Made by a program: the position numbers and the translations under genes. A stretch of DNA of 64,000 nucleotides from Veleropilina oligotropha (Eukaryota): contig JBEUKZ010000005.1 of the NCBI GenBank assembly GCA_048128005.1, forward strand, positions 124,001-188,000, read 5' to 3'. Positions 48,918-63,063 of the stretch are shown piece by piece. The notes beneath the pieces were generated by a model that saw only the letters and a program-made list of their open reading frames with translations, ran no database searches and was not told the DNA's origin. Within the stretch, counting starts at the first letter, position 1; each line of letters opens with the position of its first letter.

Positions 48918-51137
48918 GGGTAGACCGGGGCAAGATGCCCACCCGGGGTAAAACGCCCATACCGTATACATGACTATTTGTTTGTTTATAGCCCATTTAT
49001 ATCATTGGTGTGAAGCAGAGTAACGTCCCTTTTCCATGTCTGCTAGCTGCGACTGTAGTTAATGCACGCATGTCGCTGCCCACATTAACCTATTTCGGCA
49101 GCATTTCTTATAAAATTTCACTATAACCAGTTTGATGGCATTGTTTAAACGGCTGGCATGATGTTCAAAGCTATATGTTATATCGATGCACTCAATTGTC
49201 TAGCAACGTTTGACAAATAAAGAATCAGTCTGCTTGTCGTTTTTTCTGGGCGATGGTGTCCCAATGCACGCACATGGTTTGGGGCAAAACGCCCATTTTA
49301 CATTGGGGTAAAACGCCCAGATAGGCGCTTTACCCCAATTGATACTTTGTTGTGAGTAGATGATTTATATCAAGTAGACTATCCATAACTTCGTAATAAA
49401 ACATTTTTATATTATAGGCAAGACTACTCGTGCCAGCCACGGTTTATCTTTATTTTTGTAGAAAATGGTAAGCAATTATAAAAGGAAAAGCGATCGAGGA
49501 TCATACGGCGAGAATGCACTAAAAAAATGCCCTAGAAGTAATTGAACAACGGACGTCGCACACTCCGCACACTTATTACCGTATACAAAGATGTGTTAGG
49601 AGAACAAACCTATACACCAATGCGTATTTGGAACATGGACAAAACTGAAATAACAAACGTTCAAAGATCTGGAAAGATCGTTGCTTCTAAAGTCGAGAAG
49701 ATGACAAGTGCGGAAAGTGGCTCCACGGTAACGGTCCTATGTGCTGTGAATGCCGGTCGACAATACGTACCACCTATGATGATATTTCCTATAAAACGTA
49801 TGGTCGAGGCATTAATGAAAGGCGCGCCAGCCGGATCTACTGGCTTCGCCAGTGAAAATGGCTGGACGAATAGCGTGTTATTCATTAAATGGCTTCACCA
49901 TTTCATTGCTTGTACCAAATGTTCACTGGACAGGAAATTTTTCAAGTCGTTTAAAAGCAAGTATACCTCATCCGCGGACAATTAGATGTTATCACATCCT
50001 GGAAAGCGCATATCTTTCTATGACATGGCTGAGATATTCGCGGAAGCATACAACAAATCAGCAACATTTGTCAAAGGTTTTAACACGTGTGGGCTGTGGC
50101 CATTTAACGATGATGTGTTTTCAGATGAAGACTTCGCAGCTTCTGCGCTGACCGATGAACCTCAACCTTGTCCGGCTCCGCCTAGTCAACCAAGCACCAA
50201 TCTGATCAACAATAATGCACACCCATCAACTTCGGTTGGATATCTAACCAGTGATCAAGGAATAGACAGGTCCGCACCTGCCAACACAACCTTGTGTGCT
50301 ACTTCTGTAGCGTTGACAGATCCTGTTCAAACCGAAACGACATCCGCAGCGTCTGTCGGTGACATCGTCGCCAATTCAACATCAAATCACAATGTAGTCA
50401 TTCCTGCTATTGGTGATAGTATCACATCCGATCTCACCGAGAAAATATATGGTGGCGTGGAAATCATATCCAGTGGCACTAATTCCAAGTCGCTCACCAA
50501 TCTTGCCAAAGTTTTACTCAACGATGCGATGCTGATTGGTAGTCCCGATGGTGCTAGTTGTTTGGCGGTAATATAGTCATCCCGGTTGGAACAAATGCAT
50601 TTCGAATGGGAGGCCCAGTCAGTTCCGACGCCGCCATCTCTGATACTCAGCAGGACAATTCGACAACTACAGCGTCAATCACTTCTATTGAAAAGCAAGC
50701 TTCCGTAGGCACACATCCCGGATTATCACGAGCATTATTGTCATATTCAAAGACTTATTACTACTATAGTTAATGGGTTAAAAGGGTTATTACACCGAAA
50801 TTCTGTTTACAATTCACTGAAAAATTGTTAAACGTTATCGTACAGCTGGCAATCCTATTCAATCAATCAATATTATATAGAGCAAAACGATCGCTATGAC
50901 GGCTTCTTGCCCCAACCTCACGGGCGTCTTGCCCCAGCACCGGGGTAAAACTCCTAAAACCAAAAAGTTAGAAAGTGTTAATATCCCGAAAATTATTGAT
51001 CCCCGAACAGTAATATTACGCAAATAGATACTACGATGGCTATATTAATTTAAAATATCTTTGTGCTGAAGAGTATGGATGTTGAACCGATAATATCAAA
51101 CTTTTCCCTTAAGGGGGGCTTCTTGCCCCGGTCTCCC
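48918..51137 (+). mobile_element. degenerate pogo-like (Tc1/mariner superfamily, DDE_1) DNA transposon
   Basis: TIRs ggg.agaccggggcaaga..ccc / ggg..tcttgccccggtctccc with TA on both sides. Remnants MVSNYKRKSDRG, IWNMDKT, TVLCAVNA..PPMMIF, NGWT, CGLWPFN. Confidence 0.85.
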
Positions 51138-51885
51138 TATGAAATACAACGTTCGTGAGAGACATCAGCTATAAATAATGATATCTGCCAACAATCGTAA
51201 CATGTAAAGTGCATTAAAAAAAGCCACCCATCAATCAACTTATCCCGACATTCAACATATGTGTAGCCTAACGGCACAACCGTCGTGCCAAATAGGAAAT
51301 CTACACGACGGTCGTGCCGATAACGTTGTTTATTATATGCCAGTCGTTTTCTGACGATTATTCTCCCGCAGTTTTCCGAGACCCTGTATCACGGACACAG
51401 CTGATATCGATTCAGGTGGTGGTGGTGTGATGGAGTTTTAGCCAAGCGTCCACCTCATCGGCGTTTTAGCAGGCCAGTTCCTACAGGAACCACCAGTATC
51501 GATTCAGAAAACGTCTCCTGCTTATATATTCACAGGAAAACATCTCCTGCTTATATATTCAAAATGGCTGACAAATCGTAGGAACTACTTTCAATATATT
51601 CCTATACTATTTCAACCTCCCTTACAGATTCGTGACTAAAATTACCATAATGTTTCGATTCAATTTAATAAGAAACTTCGTTCTCGCGATTAATCCGTTG
51701 CAAAAACTACGACGTCACTCGAGGTTTCCGATGTGCCAGAATCCACACAATACTGATAACATCACTTTATCAGCACGACGGCTAGGCTATCTTCTTATCG
51801 AGTGTCAAATTAGGCCTTCGATCGTTGCTATCGCAACACTCGCCCGGTCACGTTTACCATCTGTCTATGATGAGACTCTGACAGC

Positions 51886-52142
51886 ATGCCAGAAGCAATC
51901 ATGGAACCCGGCAGTGAGTTTGACTCGTTTGACGAGTTTGTCGAAGCGCTTGATAACTATTGTAAATATAGTAATGTTGTTTATTGTAAAACAGATAGTA
52001 AACGTGTAGAAGCCATAAACAAGACTGTCAAAAAGCCATATGACGACAAATTTAAATTCAAGTACGTCAAATACGAGTATAAGAATGGTTCGAAAAACAA
52101 ACGAAAGAAAACAAAAGGGCATGGATTGCGACCAAATCAGAG
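51886..52142 (+). pseudogene. isolated exon resembling the ZSWIM3-type N-terminal DNA-binding domain of MULE transposases
   Basis: GSEFDSFDEFVEALDNY...KYVKYE....G.GLRPNQR|gtaggt; no downstream exon recognised. Confidence 0.55.
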
Positions 52143-52824
52143 GTAGGTATATTGATAATAGCATTCAAAGAATAATCAGACCTATATTCGATTTGAGATG
52201 AATCGTGCATAGTAAATTACAAGCCGACAGATGACGCATATTCTTTCGGACGAACAGCCGGGTACTTAATCACGTGACACTCGCTGGCAACGAGACGACA
52301 GAGCTATTTGGGGGCAAAACCGAATTACTTGTAGTAGAGATAATACAGCTTGAAAGTTGAAACGATGGTTAAAAGTTGCTTTAGGCCTATATATGGTTGT
52401 ACAGTCAACAAAAAGAAAACCCCAGATCGTCAGTATTACATAATCCCAAGTGAGAAACATAGAAGGGTGAAATGGTTAGGCTAACTGCCATAAATAAAGC
52501 GATTCTCGTTATAATAATCGACTGGACTTCGGTTGTTTTAGTTCATTCAAAACAGCCATTCGACCTTTAAATCAATTGAGGTTCCCAATTGGGTTATAAT
52601 AACTTGTATGTTCTTTATTCAACTGTAGACGATAACAATGGCAAATTAATTCGCAAAGCAAGGACCGGGAGTATAGAGGTGAACGTTCATATTTATAACT
52701 GTCATGTCGCTGGTCATATTGTCTTAACATCACATTAGTCAGTCGCGCTTGGAATGTAGTCCATTGTAAATTGACAATATTTCTTGTATACCGAGTGTAT
52801 TTGTATAATTAAGGTAAAAGTTGC

Positions 52825-53495
52825 GGCAATCCTCAGAACGGCGGTCCCAAATTATTAAACCACCCAATTTGACTACAACACGTCGTACTGATTTCTCTCA
52901 GTCCTCGATTACAAGAAAATGAAAATGTCCCACATTCTGAATGGAAATTGTGATGGAAATTCCCAGTTCTTAAATTACAAGAAAACGAAAATGTCCCACA
53001 TTCTGAGTGGAAATTCTTATGGAAATTCCTAGTTCTAGTCTTTAATACGACTCGCATATGGGAGTGGTCGACATTATATAGTACTTAAGTGCATGGTATC
53101 AGCCTGGAGAATCAGTATTAACCGTGACAGGAAGACCCCCAACACCGATACATATAACAAATAATGTTTTACCGGCTAACATTCTGGAATCAATTGATTC
53201 CATGCCAAAAGCAATATGCGACAGTATGCATGACCGAATGCAGTGGTTGGTGTGGCTTGCTGAACATAGTTTAATACGCAACAGTAATGACTGCGGGAAC
53301 TACCGATGTCTTTGGTTCGTTGAGCTGAGTCACCTGGTGGCTATTTCGGATTTTGTACACCTGTTGGAATTTCGAACAACTTTCTGAAGTGTCATTTACG
53401 TTTTCCTGTAATTTAGGACTGAGGGGAAGCAGTGCGACGTGTTGTCGTCAAATTAGGTGGTTTAATAATTTGGGACCGCCGTTCTGATGATTGCC
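52825..53495 (+). mobile_element. Merlin (IS1016/ISXO2-like) deletion derivative
   Basis: ~90-bp TIRs with GG...CC ends (ggcaatcctcagaacggcggtccc); degenerate 8-bp flanks aaagttgc / gaagttgg; internal remnant WLAEHSLIRNSNDC. Confidence 0.6.
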
Positions 53496-53774
53496 GAAGT
53501 TGGACCTATAACTGTATTTTACATATATACCTAGTGTCAATTGCGTGGTCGACAAAAAACGATAGTTAATTTGGTATTGAACAAGCTGGAGACGCGCAAC
53601 GATACACTTATGATATTTCCATGTGCTACACTGACTGTTGTCTACAATGTACACGTGAAAACTTTTGAAGCTCAGTTAATTAATTACAAAAAATGAACCT
53701 GCCTCGTATACTTAAATGGTCACTTAATTACCATGCTGGTAATGGCATCATGTGGTATTAATTGAATAATCAAT

Positions 53775-54308
53775 CAATAATAATAATAATAATAATACTC
53801 CGGTCTTATATAGCGCATTATTACGCTAGTGTCTCAATGCGCTGAACATTATTACCCCTGGTTATGGGCCTGTTCCACTCGATGTACCATCTCAACTCCC
53901 TCTGGGAGCATTACAGTCATTTACACGCGGGTAGCGCCGTGACTTACATAACTGCCAACCAGGTACCCATTCAGATCGGCTGGGTGGACCGAGGCAAATA
54001 TATGCTTATTTCCTTGCCCAAGTGAAATCGTCGAGCTTTGGGGGCGAACTCGAGACTCTGTGACCAGAGTCCTGTGAACAACCCACTGAGCCACGACGGC
54101 ATATATAATAATAATACTCCGGTCTTATATAGCGCATTATTACGCTAGTGTCTCAATGCGCTGAACATTATTACCCCTGGTTATGGGCCTGTTCCATTCG
54201 ATATGCCATCTCAACTCCCTCTGGGAGCATTACAGTCATTTACACGCGGGTAGCGCCGTGACTTACATAACTGCCAACCAGGTACCCATTTAGATCGGCT
54301 GGGTGGAC
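53775..54308 (-). mobile_element. tRNA-derived SINE, one full copy plus a tandem partial copy
   Basis: Tail (aat)n..cttatatagcgc; core ccaggtacccatt..ggctgggtgg..cttgcccaag; head accactgagccac. Related copy at about 29200-29500. Confidence 0.7.
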
Positions 54309-56879
54309 ATTGCCCATTTATTTACATCAACAAGACAATAATCACTGGGATTAACAATTAGCGCTCCAATGACGCATTAAATGAACGACAAACCATATAC
54401 GCTTTTTTTGACTTAGAAAATCGGCGAACATTCCATGAATCCGTAATAGAATGAAATAAAAGTACGTACTATATTACAATAAAATTTCTTTATTTTCAAA
54501 TTATGTAATATAATGTATATATCTAGTATATAATTTTCGCATTTGCAACAAGATAATGTGCGCACGCATTTTTGCTTGATGTATTTCAATACAAGCAAGA
54601 TCCGCGATTTCACCAGATACATTAGTCCGCGAGTTATTTCGATATACAAATATACTATATCGACTACAAAATTTGCGATTTTTCACTTTCCCCGGGTGTC
54701 GGGCTAGTTGATTTGCCCATTTATTTACATATTTCCCTCCATATAAAACAGTTGCAATTTGGATGAATTACTCCCAGACCAATATGGCGGCTACTGTCGC
54801 TAGATGCGACACGTGACTTGTGACGTCACCCCGACTGGGAGAATTACAATATATGCATGCACGTCATGTACGACGTAACGTTGGCCATGAACGATGCAAA
54901 TAATAACGGGCAATGCAATTTTAATTATTAACCTGTTTAATTCAGTCGTAGTTCAACAGGTGATCTTTCACCGCCGCCTGTAACGCTATAATATGATAAC
55001 GCTATAACACGGTTTCTTTAATAAATATACTAGGGGCATATCCATTAACGACCACGCCAACAGTATTTCAGTTATAAAGCAGGTCAATCAACTTTGATTG
55101 ATGAAATGAAGTGGTTCTGTGTGCAATGGACGCAGCGAGCATTGGAAAAATCCCCGGCACTCCACTGGATTGAACCCGTGACCTCTCCATTAGTAGACCA
55201 GCACCGTATCCACCGGCCATAATGTCCCCTCTTTATTGTAATGTTCGTAGGCTGATTTTCACAGCACGGTTCGCGAATGGTTGTGCAAATTACGAATTCA
55301 TTACAATGCGCGATTTGCGAAACGCGCAGGTTCGCAATATGCGTGTGACATTGACACCTTGATAGTGTGCATTTACAGTAAGATCTGTTTTATCTCAACA
55401 CTTCACATAATACATTATAAGTTGTCGAACGACGACGCGGTAACGTTAAACCACGAGGCGTTAGCCGAGTGGTTTAACGTTAGGCGGTATTCAATTCACC
55501 GTGTATACACAGATGTTGCTCGACAACGTATTTATCTTGATTTCTGTCTTACCTAGCTTAACAGACTCCCGACTTGTCCCATAACACTATTCAGCATTGT
55601 TGCAAATGATCATAGAAGCCATTTACATAGCAAATGGCGGTTTCAGTAAGGCCGAGTTATTTCCCTTTGACCAGAAAGGAATAATAATATGTGACGACAC
55701 CGTGGTACAAGGATCCATCAACCACGTCACGGCCAGTTAGTAAAATGACGTCAGCCAATCAGAACAGAGGATTCGCGCCGAAATCAAGATAATGAATGAT
55801 CAATAATGAATCGTTGTTTGGAGGAATATGATTTAATATCTCATCAAGCATATATTCAAATAAAAGATAAAGTTGCATAGAAAAGAATCAAATATTTTTG
55901 TCAACATTAGCTATAGGCCTAGTAGTTTTTGAAGGGTGTCGTACATCCTGTCAAAAGCATAAGGAATAAGAAATTTATTAACCCAGTTGCCTATTTATTA
56001 TCTTTATTAAACTTTAAAACAGATAGTGGTGTTCAGGCTATCTGTAATTGGTTAATTGTTTCAAATATGCAACAACGAACCCGAATCAACTATAGTATAC
56101 ATCGATAATGTAAATAATACCAGTTATATTTTTATTTTTTGAAAGGTTGCAATTGCGTACGCCTACTGCTTTTTGCGTTCGTTGTAAGTCGGGAACATAA
56201 GCGACTCAAATTAAACAAACGAAATGCAACTTGCAACGTATTAAAACGAAATTGTATATTATGCAACTTTATTTTTAATGCAGTATAGGGTCTTTGCATG
56301 TCTCGTTGTGTGGTTCAAATCGAAAACACGTTTCACGAAATTGTACAACATTAAGGCGGCGTAATGCCATGCTTGGGGAAACGCAAATGTTGAAATCGCC
56401 AAATGGCTCTAATGAAACTATTTGACAACATACAAAAATGATAGAAGACAACGTGATATAAGCGCTTCATGAATTATTTGCTGTATTTTATGTAAACAAA
56501 TATTTGTATATCCTTGTTGGTCCAGTTTTTAACGCAATTCGAAAACGTCTCACAATCCATACAAACAATACGACGAACCCCAATCAGCAATGACATAAAC
56601 CAACAATATCAATAATGCGCAAATTATAAAATATATAATTTGTTTATTCCCGATTACAATTGCGTACTTCATTTTAAAGTTAGTCGGAAGTCGTGAACGC
56701 ATTATCTGAATTTAGGACAACGGCTCTAATTATACAAATTAAACCTAACTGGCAACATGCAGAAAATGAAAATGAATAGAAATGATCGATGCTCAAAGTC
56801 CAGTATATTTCCAACCATCATTTGGTTCAAATCAGGACATGTCCATATGACCGAGGGAGGAACGCCAGTACATTCCTTC

Positions 56880-58950
56880 CATCCAGTTTTGCATTCCATT
56901 CTATGCTAGCAAAGAAGTTCCTCATTCCACCGTAGTCTCCCTTGTCATACTTGTACTTTTTGTTATACTATGGTTCTCCTGCACTTTACATGTATAGGTA
57001 AAGACTAAAGTACAGCGGTCGCTACTTCCAACTGGGGCTAGATACTGAATATTTGTCACTATGTTTTCTTCATTAGTAAGTACTAAATCCAGCAGGGACG
57101 GTTTCTGATTCCCTCGGAATCTGGTTGGTCTATCAATATGTTGGGTATGGTAGCAGTCCTTCGAGTTCTCCATGAACTGATCACTATCCGAGTCTTCTTT
57201 GTCTGGTGAAACGCAGTTTACCCAGTCTATAACTGGGTAGTTAAAATCTCCTACTATTAGTAAATGCTGGGTGTTCTTATCCGATATGTTACGTAACATG
57301 GTCTCAAGGGCACGATTATTGTCCCTAGAGCTAGTTGGGCTTCTATGTACACATCCAAACAATACTTTATTGTTTCTACCGAGAGTTATGCTTATCCATA
57401 CACATTCTTGAAAGTTTTGTGTACATGTACATTTAAAATCCGCCACACAAAAAACTGATGAAACATATATACATATTCATCTTCCTTCCAAGTTGTGGAA
57501 GGGTGGGTGATATCCGGTTATGGTCAGCTCCGCCTCAGTGAGTTTAGTGTTGCTGTGCTTGGGCTTCACTTCTGTTAATGCTATTGTATCGGGTTCTTGA
57601 TCCTCTAGTACTGTAGCAAATTTGACCTCTTTGTCGTTATCACGTCCACATTCGCCGTTAAAATTTGACTCCGCCTCTGTTAAAACTATTCACAGGGGTA
57701 TCTGATGATTTATGACTATTAATCCGTGCTCGACGCGCTCCTCCTTTGAAGCTCGTTGCCCTATCCTTTGCTTGGACGATTTTTCCTCTTCTGATAAAAA
57801 TATCAGTTTCACCCTTCTCTCGTCTGAGTAGCAGCTCTTTTCTAATTTCCAGTTGCTCTGAACGCTGCATCTTTGTAAGGTCAGGCCCAACATATACCCT
57901 CTCAAACTCATAGCTATCTTTTAAAGCCCTTGCCTTCTTTAGGATCTTACCCTTGAAACTCTTATCCTTCAGTACGACTTTGGTTAGGCGATTTTTTCCC
58001 TGTTCCTTTTTACCAATACGAATACACTTCTCAATAATGTCATCCTCCTCGATTCCCATAGTTTCGAACATCCTGGTCACTGCTTCCACGTCTTCTCTGA
58101 TTCTATCTTCTGCTTCGACACTGCCCGACTCTGGGATGTTATAGATCATAACATTACCTTCCCTGTGCTCCCTTTCCTTCTGCTCAGCAATGGTATCACT
58201 CACGCTGACATTTTGTAAATGTTCCCCTGAATGTGTTCGGGTGCAACTAATTGGGTCCTGATGTTTATTTTCAAGACTTGTGACTCGTGACTCCAGATTA
58301 TCGACAGATTCGACATTGACCTTTGTTTATATTTTATTCTCAATGCCATCTAGACGGTGTGTAATCGTACTGATATACGCTGCACATCTCTCTTCAATTT
58401 CCTTATCGGTTCTAACCGCTGTTATGGTCGGCTTTTCACAGTCACGACAGAACCAATGTAGATCTTTTCTCTCCACCATTACACTATACACTTCATCACT
58501 CATATGTAGACACTCCATGCAAAACCAGTTTTCACACTCTTCACACTCCATCAGCTTGTCATTTTTATCGCTGAATACCTTGGAGCACTGTACACATGTT
58601 ACCGAATTGTCAGAGTCATTACTTACTGATTGCTTGTTCTGCGACGTTTTTGCCTTTCCTTTATTTATTTGTTTTCCCTTCTTACTGAATTACTTCACCG
58701 GAAGTTGAGATTTTTGATTCCATGATTGACCTTCACCTTGTAAGAAACTCTGATATCGATCACTAAACCAATTATAGCAGTGAATATTAGCAGTGGATAG
58801 TGTTCATACCCTAGCTATACTTGAGAAAAACACCGACACTGATGCACCTTAAGTTTCATAAAATCACCAAATATTTACACACACACTTCACTTGAAATTT
58901 ACCAAAAATACGGAGGTTTCTTCCTTCCGCCTTGCCGCTCCCACGCATGC
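56880..58950 (-). mobile_element. 3'-truncated two-ORF CR1-type LINE (ORF1 with PHD finger; ORF2 APE only)
   Basis: ORF1 fragments CVQC..MECEECENWFCMEC..WFCRDC and NVMIYNIPES..RIGK..YVGPDLTK; ORF2 fragments GCVHRSP, VGDFNYP, LDLVLT. Confidence 0.85.
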
Positions 58951-59100
58951 GCACCTGGTATCAGATTATACATGTATATTAATTTAGTATGCTTGACCAG
59001 CTTCAGCCCCCCCCCCCCCCCCCCGTATCCGCCCCTGGTTGAGATATGCTCGCTGACAGACAGACATACGGACAAACCGACCCGATTGCAATACTATATA

Positions 59101-60538
59101 CCGGTGTGGCGAACTTTGAGAGGCAGCGAACTATGTGGGGCAGTTGCGATGTCTGCGCATGCGCGGCAATTAGTCTACTGCATGTGTGTTGAAGAGTCAG
59201 TTTTGTAATTTGTCGATTAGGCCTATATACACTAGCACTAAATAATACCGTATCAATTATTATAATGTTAATTTTTTATGTATAAATTAACAAGTTAATA
59301 GCGTTTCATCCATAATAGCTAGGGTTGTAAGTAAATTTCCCGTATATATATTTGTATACATGTGCGCGACGGCCTGAAGAAGCGAATATATATAATTATA
59401 TTTTAATTACACAGACAAACGTGTTTTACTCATTAATTCGTACATTGCAAATGTCACATAATAATTGGTGCTCTTTCGGGACTTCCCCCCAGATCCGGCT
59501 TTTATACATATCTAAGTAGCTCCGGCTTGTATTCGTCTTACATTTTCACACTCCGTGTATTATATGCCTTGTCAATTTCTGCGTTGTCGATTTCACGGCC
59601 AATTTATAGATGGGTACGTAGTTGTATTGGCTTTACGTATAGGTTACTAATCGGGTTGGAGGTATTCATCGATTTGAAAGACCTGCGCCCGTGCGGATCG
59701 TGACACCGAGACCGCGAAGCGGTCGACGTATTACCGCACGGAAGAAGGGCTTTCAAATCGATGAATACCGACTAACGAGGTTTGTAACCGACTTAAGCCC
59801 CGTTTACATTACCAAATATAAGCCGGTTCGAAACCGGTTTAAAATAATGCGCATTATATTGGCGTGTCTAAACGCAAATAAGTCGACTTGAACCCGCTTA
59901 AAAAGAACCACCTCCTGATGTGGTTTGAAGCCGGCTTGAGAATTTTAATCCGATCCAGTTTGTAATGTAAACGCGCCAACTGACTTCAAACCGGTTAGCC
60001 TCGATTTGAGTCGTATGCCTGTACATGATTCGACCTGTTGAGCAATGTTTATTTTGGCACTTCGGCAAAACATGCCTCTCGCCGACCTCCGATTACAAGG
60101 TGATAACACCCACAGAAATAATCCTTATTTGTGTCTAAACGCAATTTAACCCGGATTATTATAAACCGGTTCGAAACCGATTTATTTTAATGCGCATTAT
60201 ACTTGGTAGTGTAAACGGGGCTTTACACAACGGCCAATTAGCTCCTTTGTTGTCAATTTCTCTTGTGATCAGCTTTAGCCGTCTTGCACGGACGCAGGTC
60301 GGTATAGAGTGAAAAGTAGGTCGGTATGGCTATACCACCCTACATTGGAATCGTCATTGAAAACAAGGTGTTCACGCTGAATACCAACCTCTTCAAAACA
60401 AAAGAGCCGTTGTGTAAAAACGTATATACACCGGACCGCCCCGTGAGCCTGGACTGACCGAGGTTCACCTGTTGCTAGTCCTAGGGACATCGCACCTGCC
60501 CCACATAGTTCGCTGCCCCTCAAAGTTCGCCACACCGG
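59101..60538. mobile_element. MITE with ~55-bp TIRs and TA TSD (Tc1/mariner-like)
   Basis: TA|ccggtgtggcgaactttgag...ctcaaagttcgccacaccgg|TA. Confidence 0.85.
59796..60222. mobile_element. nested PIF/Harbinger-like MITE
   Basis: TTA|agccccgtttaca ... tgtaaacggggct|TTA. Confidence 0.8.
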
Positions 60539-60789
60539 TATATTCCAGACTTACCTTCCCCCACCACTACGTGGGCGACGGTAATTCACTACAATATCGT
60601 AAAAACCCATGTTACTAGCTAGACCGTAGACGTATTAATTTTGAACACCGTTAAAACAAAATTGCTGTAATATAGGATACCTGGAACGGTATACTTTGTA
60701 ATTATACCACCGGTTGCATACACAACTAGCGCACCGTAACACGGTCGACATTAAACTATATGTGACCTGTCACTTTTTGGTAATACAGT

Positions 60790-60820
<31 letters not shown>

Positions 60821-61152
60821 ATTATATTACCAAGTGCAAATAACGGAACTATGTTTTGCGTAATTGGGGAAGCTACATATCTTAAAATAATATTATATAT
60901 CCAAAGAAGCATTGGACGACGAGGTTTGTTCCAAACTGCTTCCTTGCACCGCATCATCTAAACATGCATGATCATGCACATGACTATTCGCTTTAAAAAA
61001 ACGATTTCGCTATGTTGCTTGGTTTGTAACTTTGCTTTATCATTTTATGTTCACCAAGTTTGGTAATTTTTCATCCTTATCGCAATCAGAACACCCGGTT
61101 TAAATAATATCAAGTATGTAGGCTACATGTATGCATATGAACTGATGAATTT

Positions 61153-62257
61153 CAGGGCTTAGTGTAATCGGCGAAGCAAACTTCCATGCGAACTTTTAAT
61201 CAGACTACGAAACGGCGAACGAAACGAAACGAACATTTGAAGGGTTGATGAATAACGTATGATTTAAATTATATATTACGACACGTTTGTTATATTATGT
61301 GTATACATATTTATATATATGCGAGCGACATTGATGCTATTAGTAATAGGGTACGTGAACGACAGATTCACTCATGAATCAGGACATCAGTCGACCTATA
61401 TATGAATACCGGCTACTTCGAACTCCTGCTGATTCGGAACCTCATTGTTTATAATCTCGGCTCATTCACATCTTATACTGATTCGGACACAGGGGCATGT
61501 AACGCTGTTTATCGTTCGGCTGTTTCCGTTTGACGATTAGCGCAGTTCATTGTTACTATATAATATAGACAAGGGAGGTCACTAAGGACGGTACACATAC
61601 TTTACCTTCCCAACATTTCACTGAATTATTTCATTTGTCACAAGATGTTGGTTCGAATAGTGACCAATGACCAGCATGTGCTGCTCTCTAGTCGATAACA
61701 TGACGAATAAATGACAAATTACGCGTATTTAACACTCGGCGTTAACACTATCGAGAACAAGGTTGTTCAACAAACAATATATTTAAAAATTAACTTACAC
61801 ACCTCTTGCAAACAACTACTAAGTCTCTCTTGTAAACAACAATTAAATAAACGGGACGCATATGCTTCGATCTTCTTCCCGAATTTGACATATTCGAACC
61901 AGCATCTTGTGACAAATGAAATAATTCAGTGAAATGTCTGAATGCCGGGTAAAGTATGTGTCCCGTCCTTAGTGACCCCCCTTGTCTATATTATATAGTA
62001 ACAATGAACTGCGCTAGTCGTCAAACGGAAACAGCAGAACGATAAACAGCGTTACATGCCCCTGTGGATTCGGACCTCACCTCCATAAGCTGTCTCAAAT
62101 AAAATATGCGTCATACAATGTCGTTTATGTGTTGTTAACACTTATTGCGTAACATATAATTAAATGCTATTTATCAACCCTTCTAATATTCGTTTCGTTT
62201 CGTTCGCCGTTTCGTAGTCTGATTAAAAGTTTGCATGGAAGTTTGTTTCGCCGATTT
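61153..62257. mobile_element. TIR element inserted only in the right arm
   Basis: ~90-bp inverted ends (aatcggcgaagcaaacttccatgc..gaaacgaaacgaa); empty site near 5425; related TIR at about 43850-43947. Confidence 0.75.
61488..62066. mobile_element. MITE with CACAGGGG termini and 8-bp TSD
   Basis: gattcgga|cacaggggc...gcccctgtg|gattcgga; TIRs longer than 150 bp. Confidence 0.9.
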
Positions 62258-62499
62258 AACGTAATTAAACAAAAGCGATATATATTATTATATATATATA
62301 ATTATTATATTATACCGGAATGTTCGTGTCGTTTTATTTACCTATAGTAACATACCTTTAGTAAGCAGGTAAGGGTCATTTGGTAGGCGATTAGGGTATT
62401 TAGACCCGTTAGCTAAGTAGTTTGAATCTCTTCGTCTTTGTTGAGTTCAGTTTCTACTTCATATAGTGGCGCGATGCATGAGACAGGGATGGTGCGTGC

Positions 62500-63063
62500 C
62501 ACAGGGGCCCGTAACGTTGCTTACCGTTTGTCTGTTTCCGTTTGGCGCAGTTCATTGTTACTATATCATATAGACAAGGGAGGACACTAAGGATGGGACA
62601 CATGATGAATCATCCCGACATTTCACTGAATTATTTCATTTGTCAAAAGTTGTTGGTTCGAATATGTCAAATTCGGGAAGAAGGATCATATGTGTCCCAT
62701 TTATTGAGTTGTTGTTTACAAGAGAGACTTAGTAATTGTTTGCAAGACGTATGTAAGTTCATTTTTCAATATATTGTTTGTTGAACAACCTAGTTGTCGA
62801 TAGTGTCAACGCCGAGTGTTAAATACGCGTAATTTGCAATTTATTCGTCATGTTATCGAGTAGAGAGCAGCACACGCTGGTCATTGGTCACTATTCAAAC
62901 CAACATCTTTTGACAAATGAAATAATTCAGTGAAATATCGGGATGATGCATCATGTGTCCCATCCTTAGTGTCGTCCCTTGTCTATATTATATAGTAACA
63001 ATGAACTGCGCCAATCGTGAAACGGACACAGATGAACGATAAGCAACGTTACGGGCCCCTGTG
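62500..63063. mobile_element. second copy of the same MITE, opposite orientation, 8-bp TSD
   Basis: gtgcgtgc|cacagggg...cccctgtg|gtgcgtgc; single empty site near 5185-5192. Confidence 0.9.

Noticed and set aside
58940..58953. Shared gcatgcgtgg motif at the 5' ends of two LINEs
   Set aside because: In the first LINE part of the motif belongs to the TSD, and the motif also occurs at about 11705; too short to interpret.
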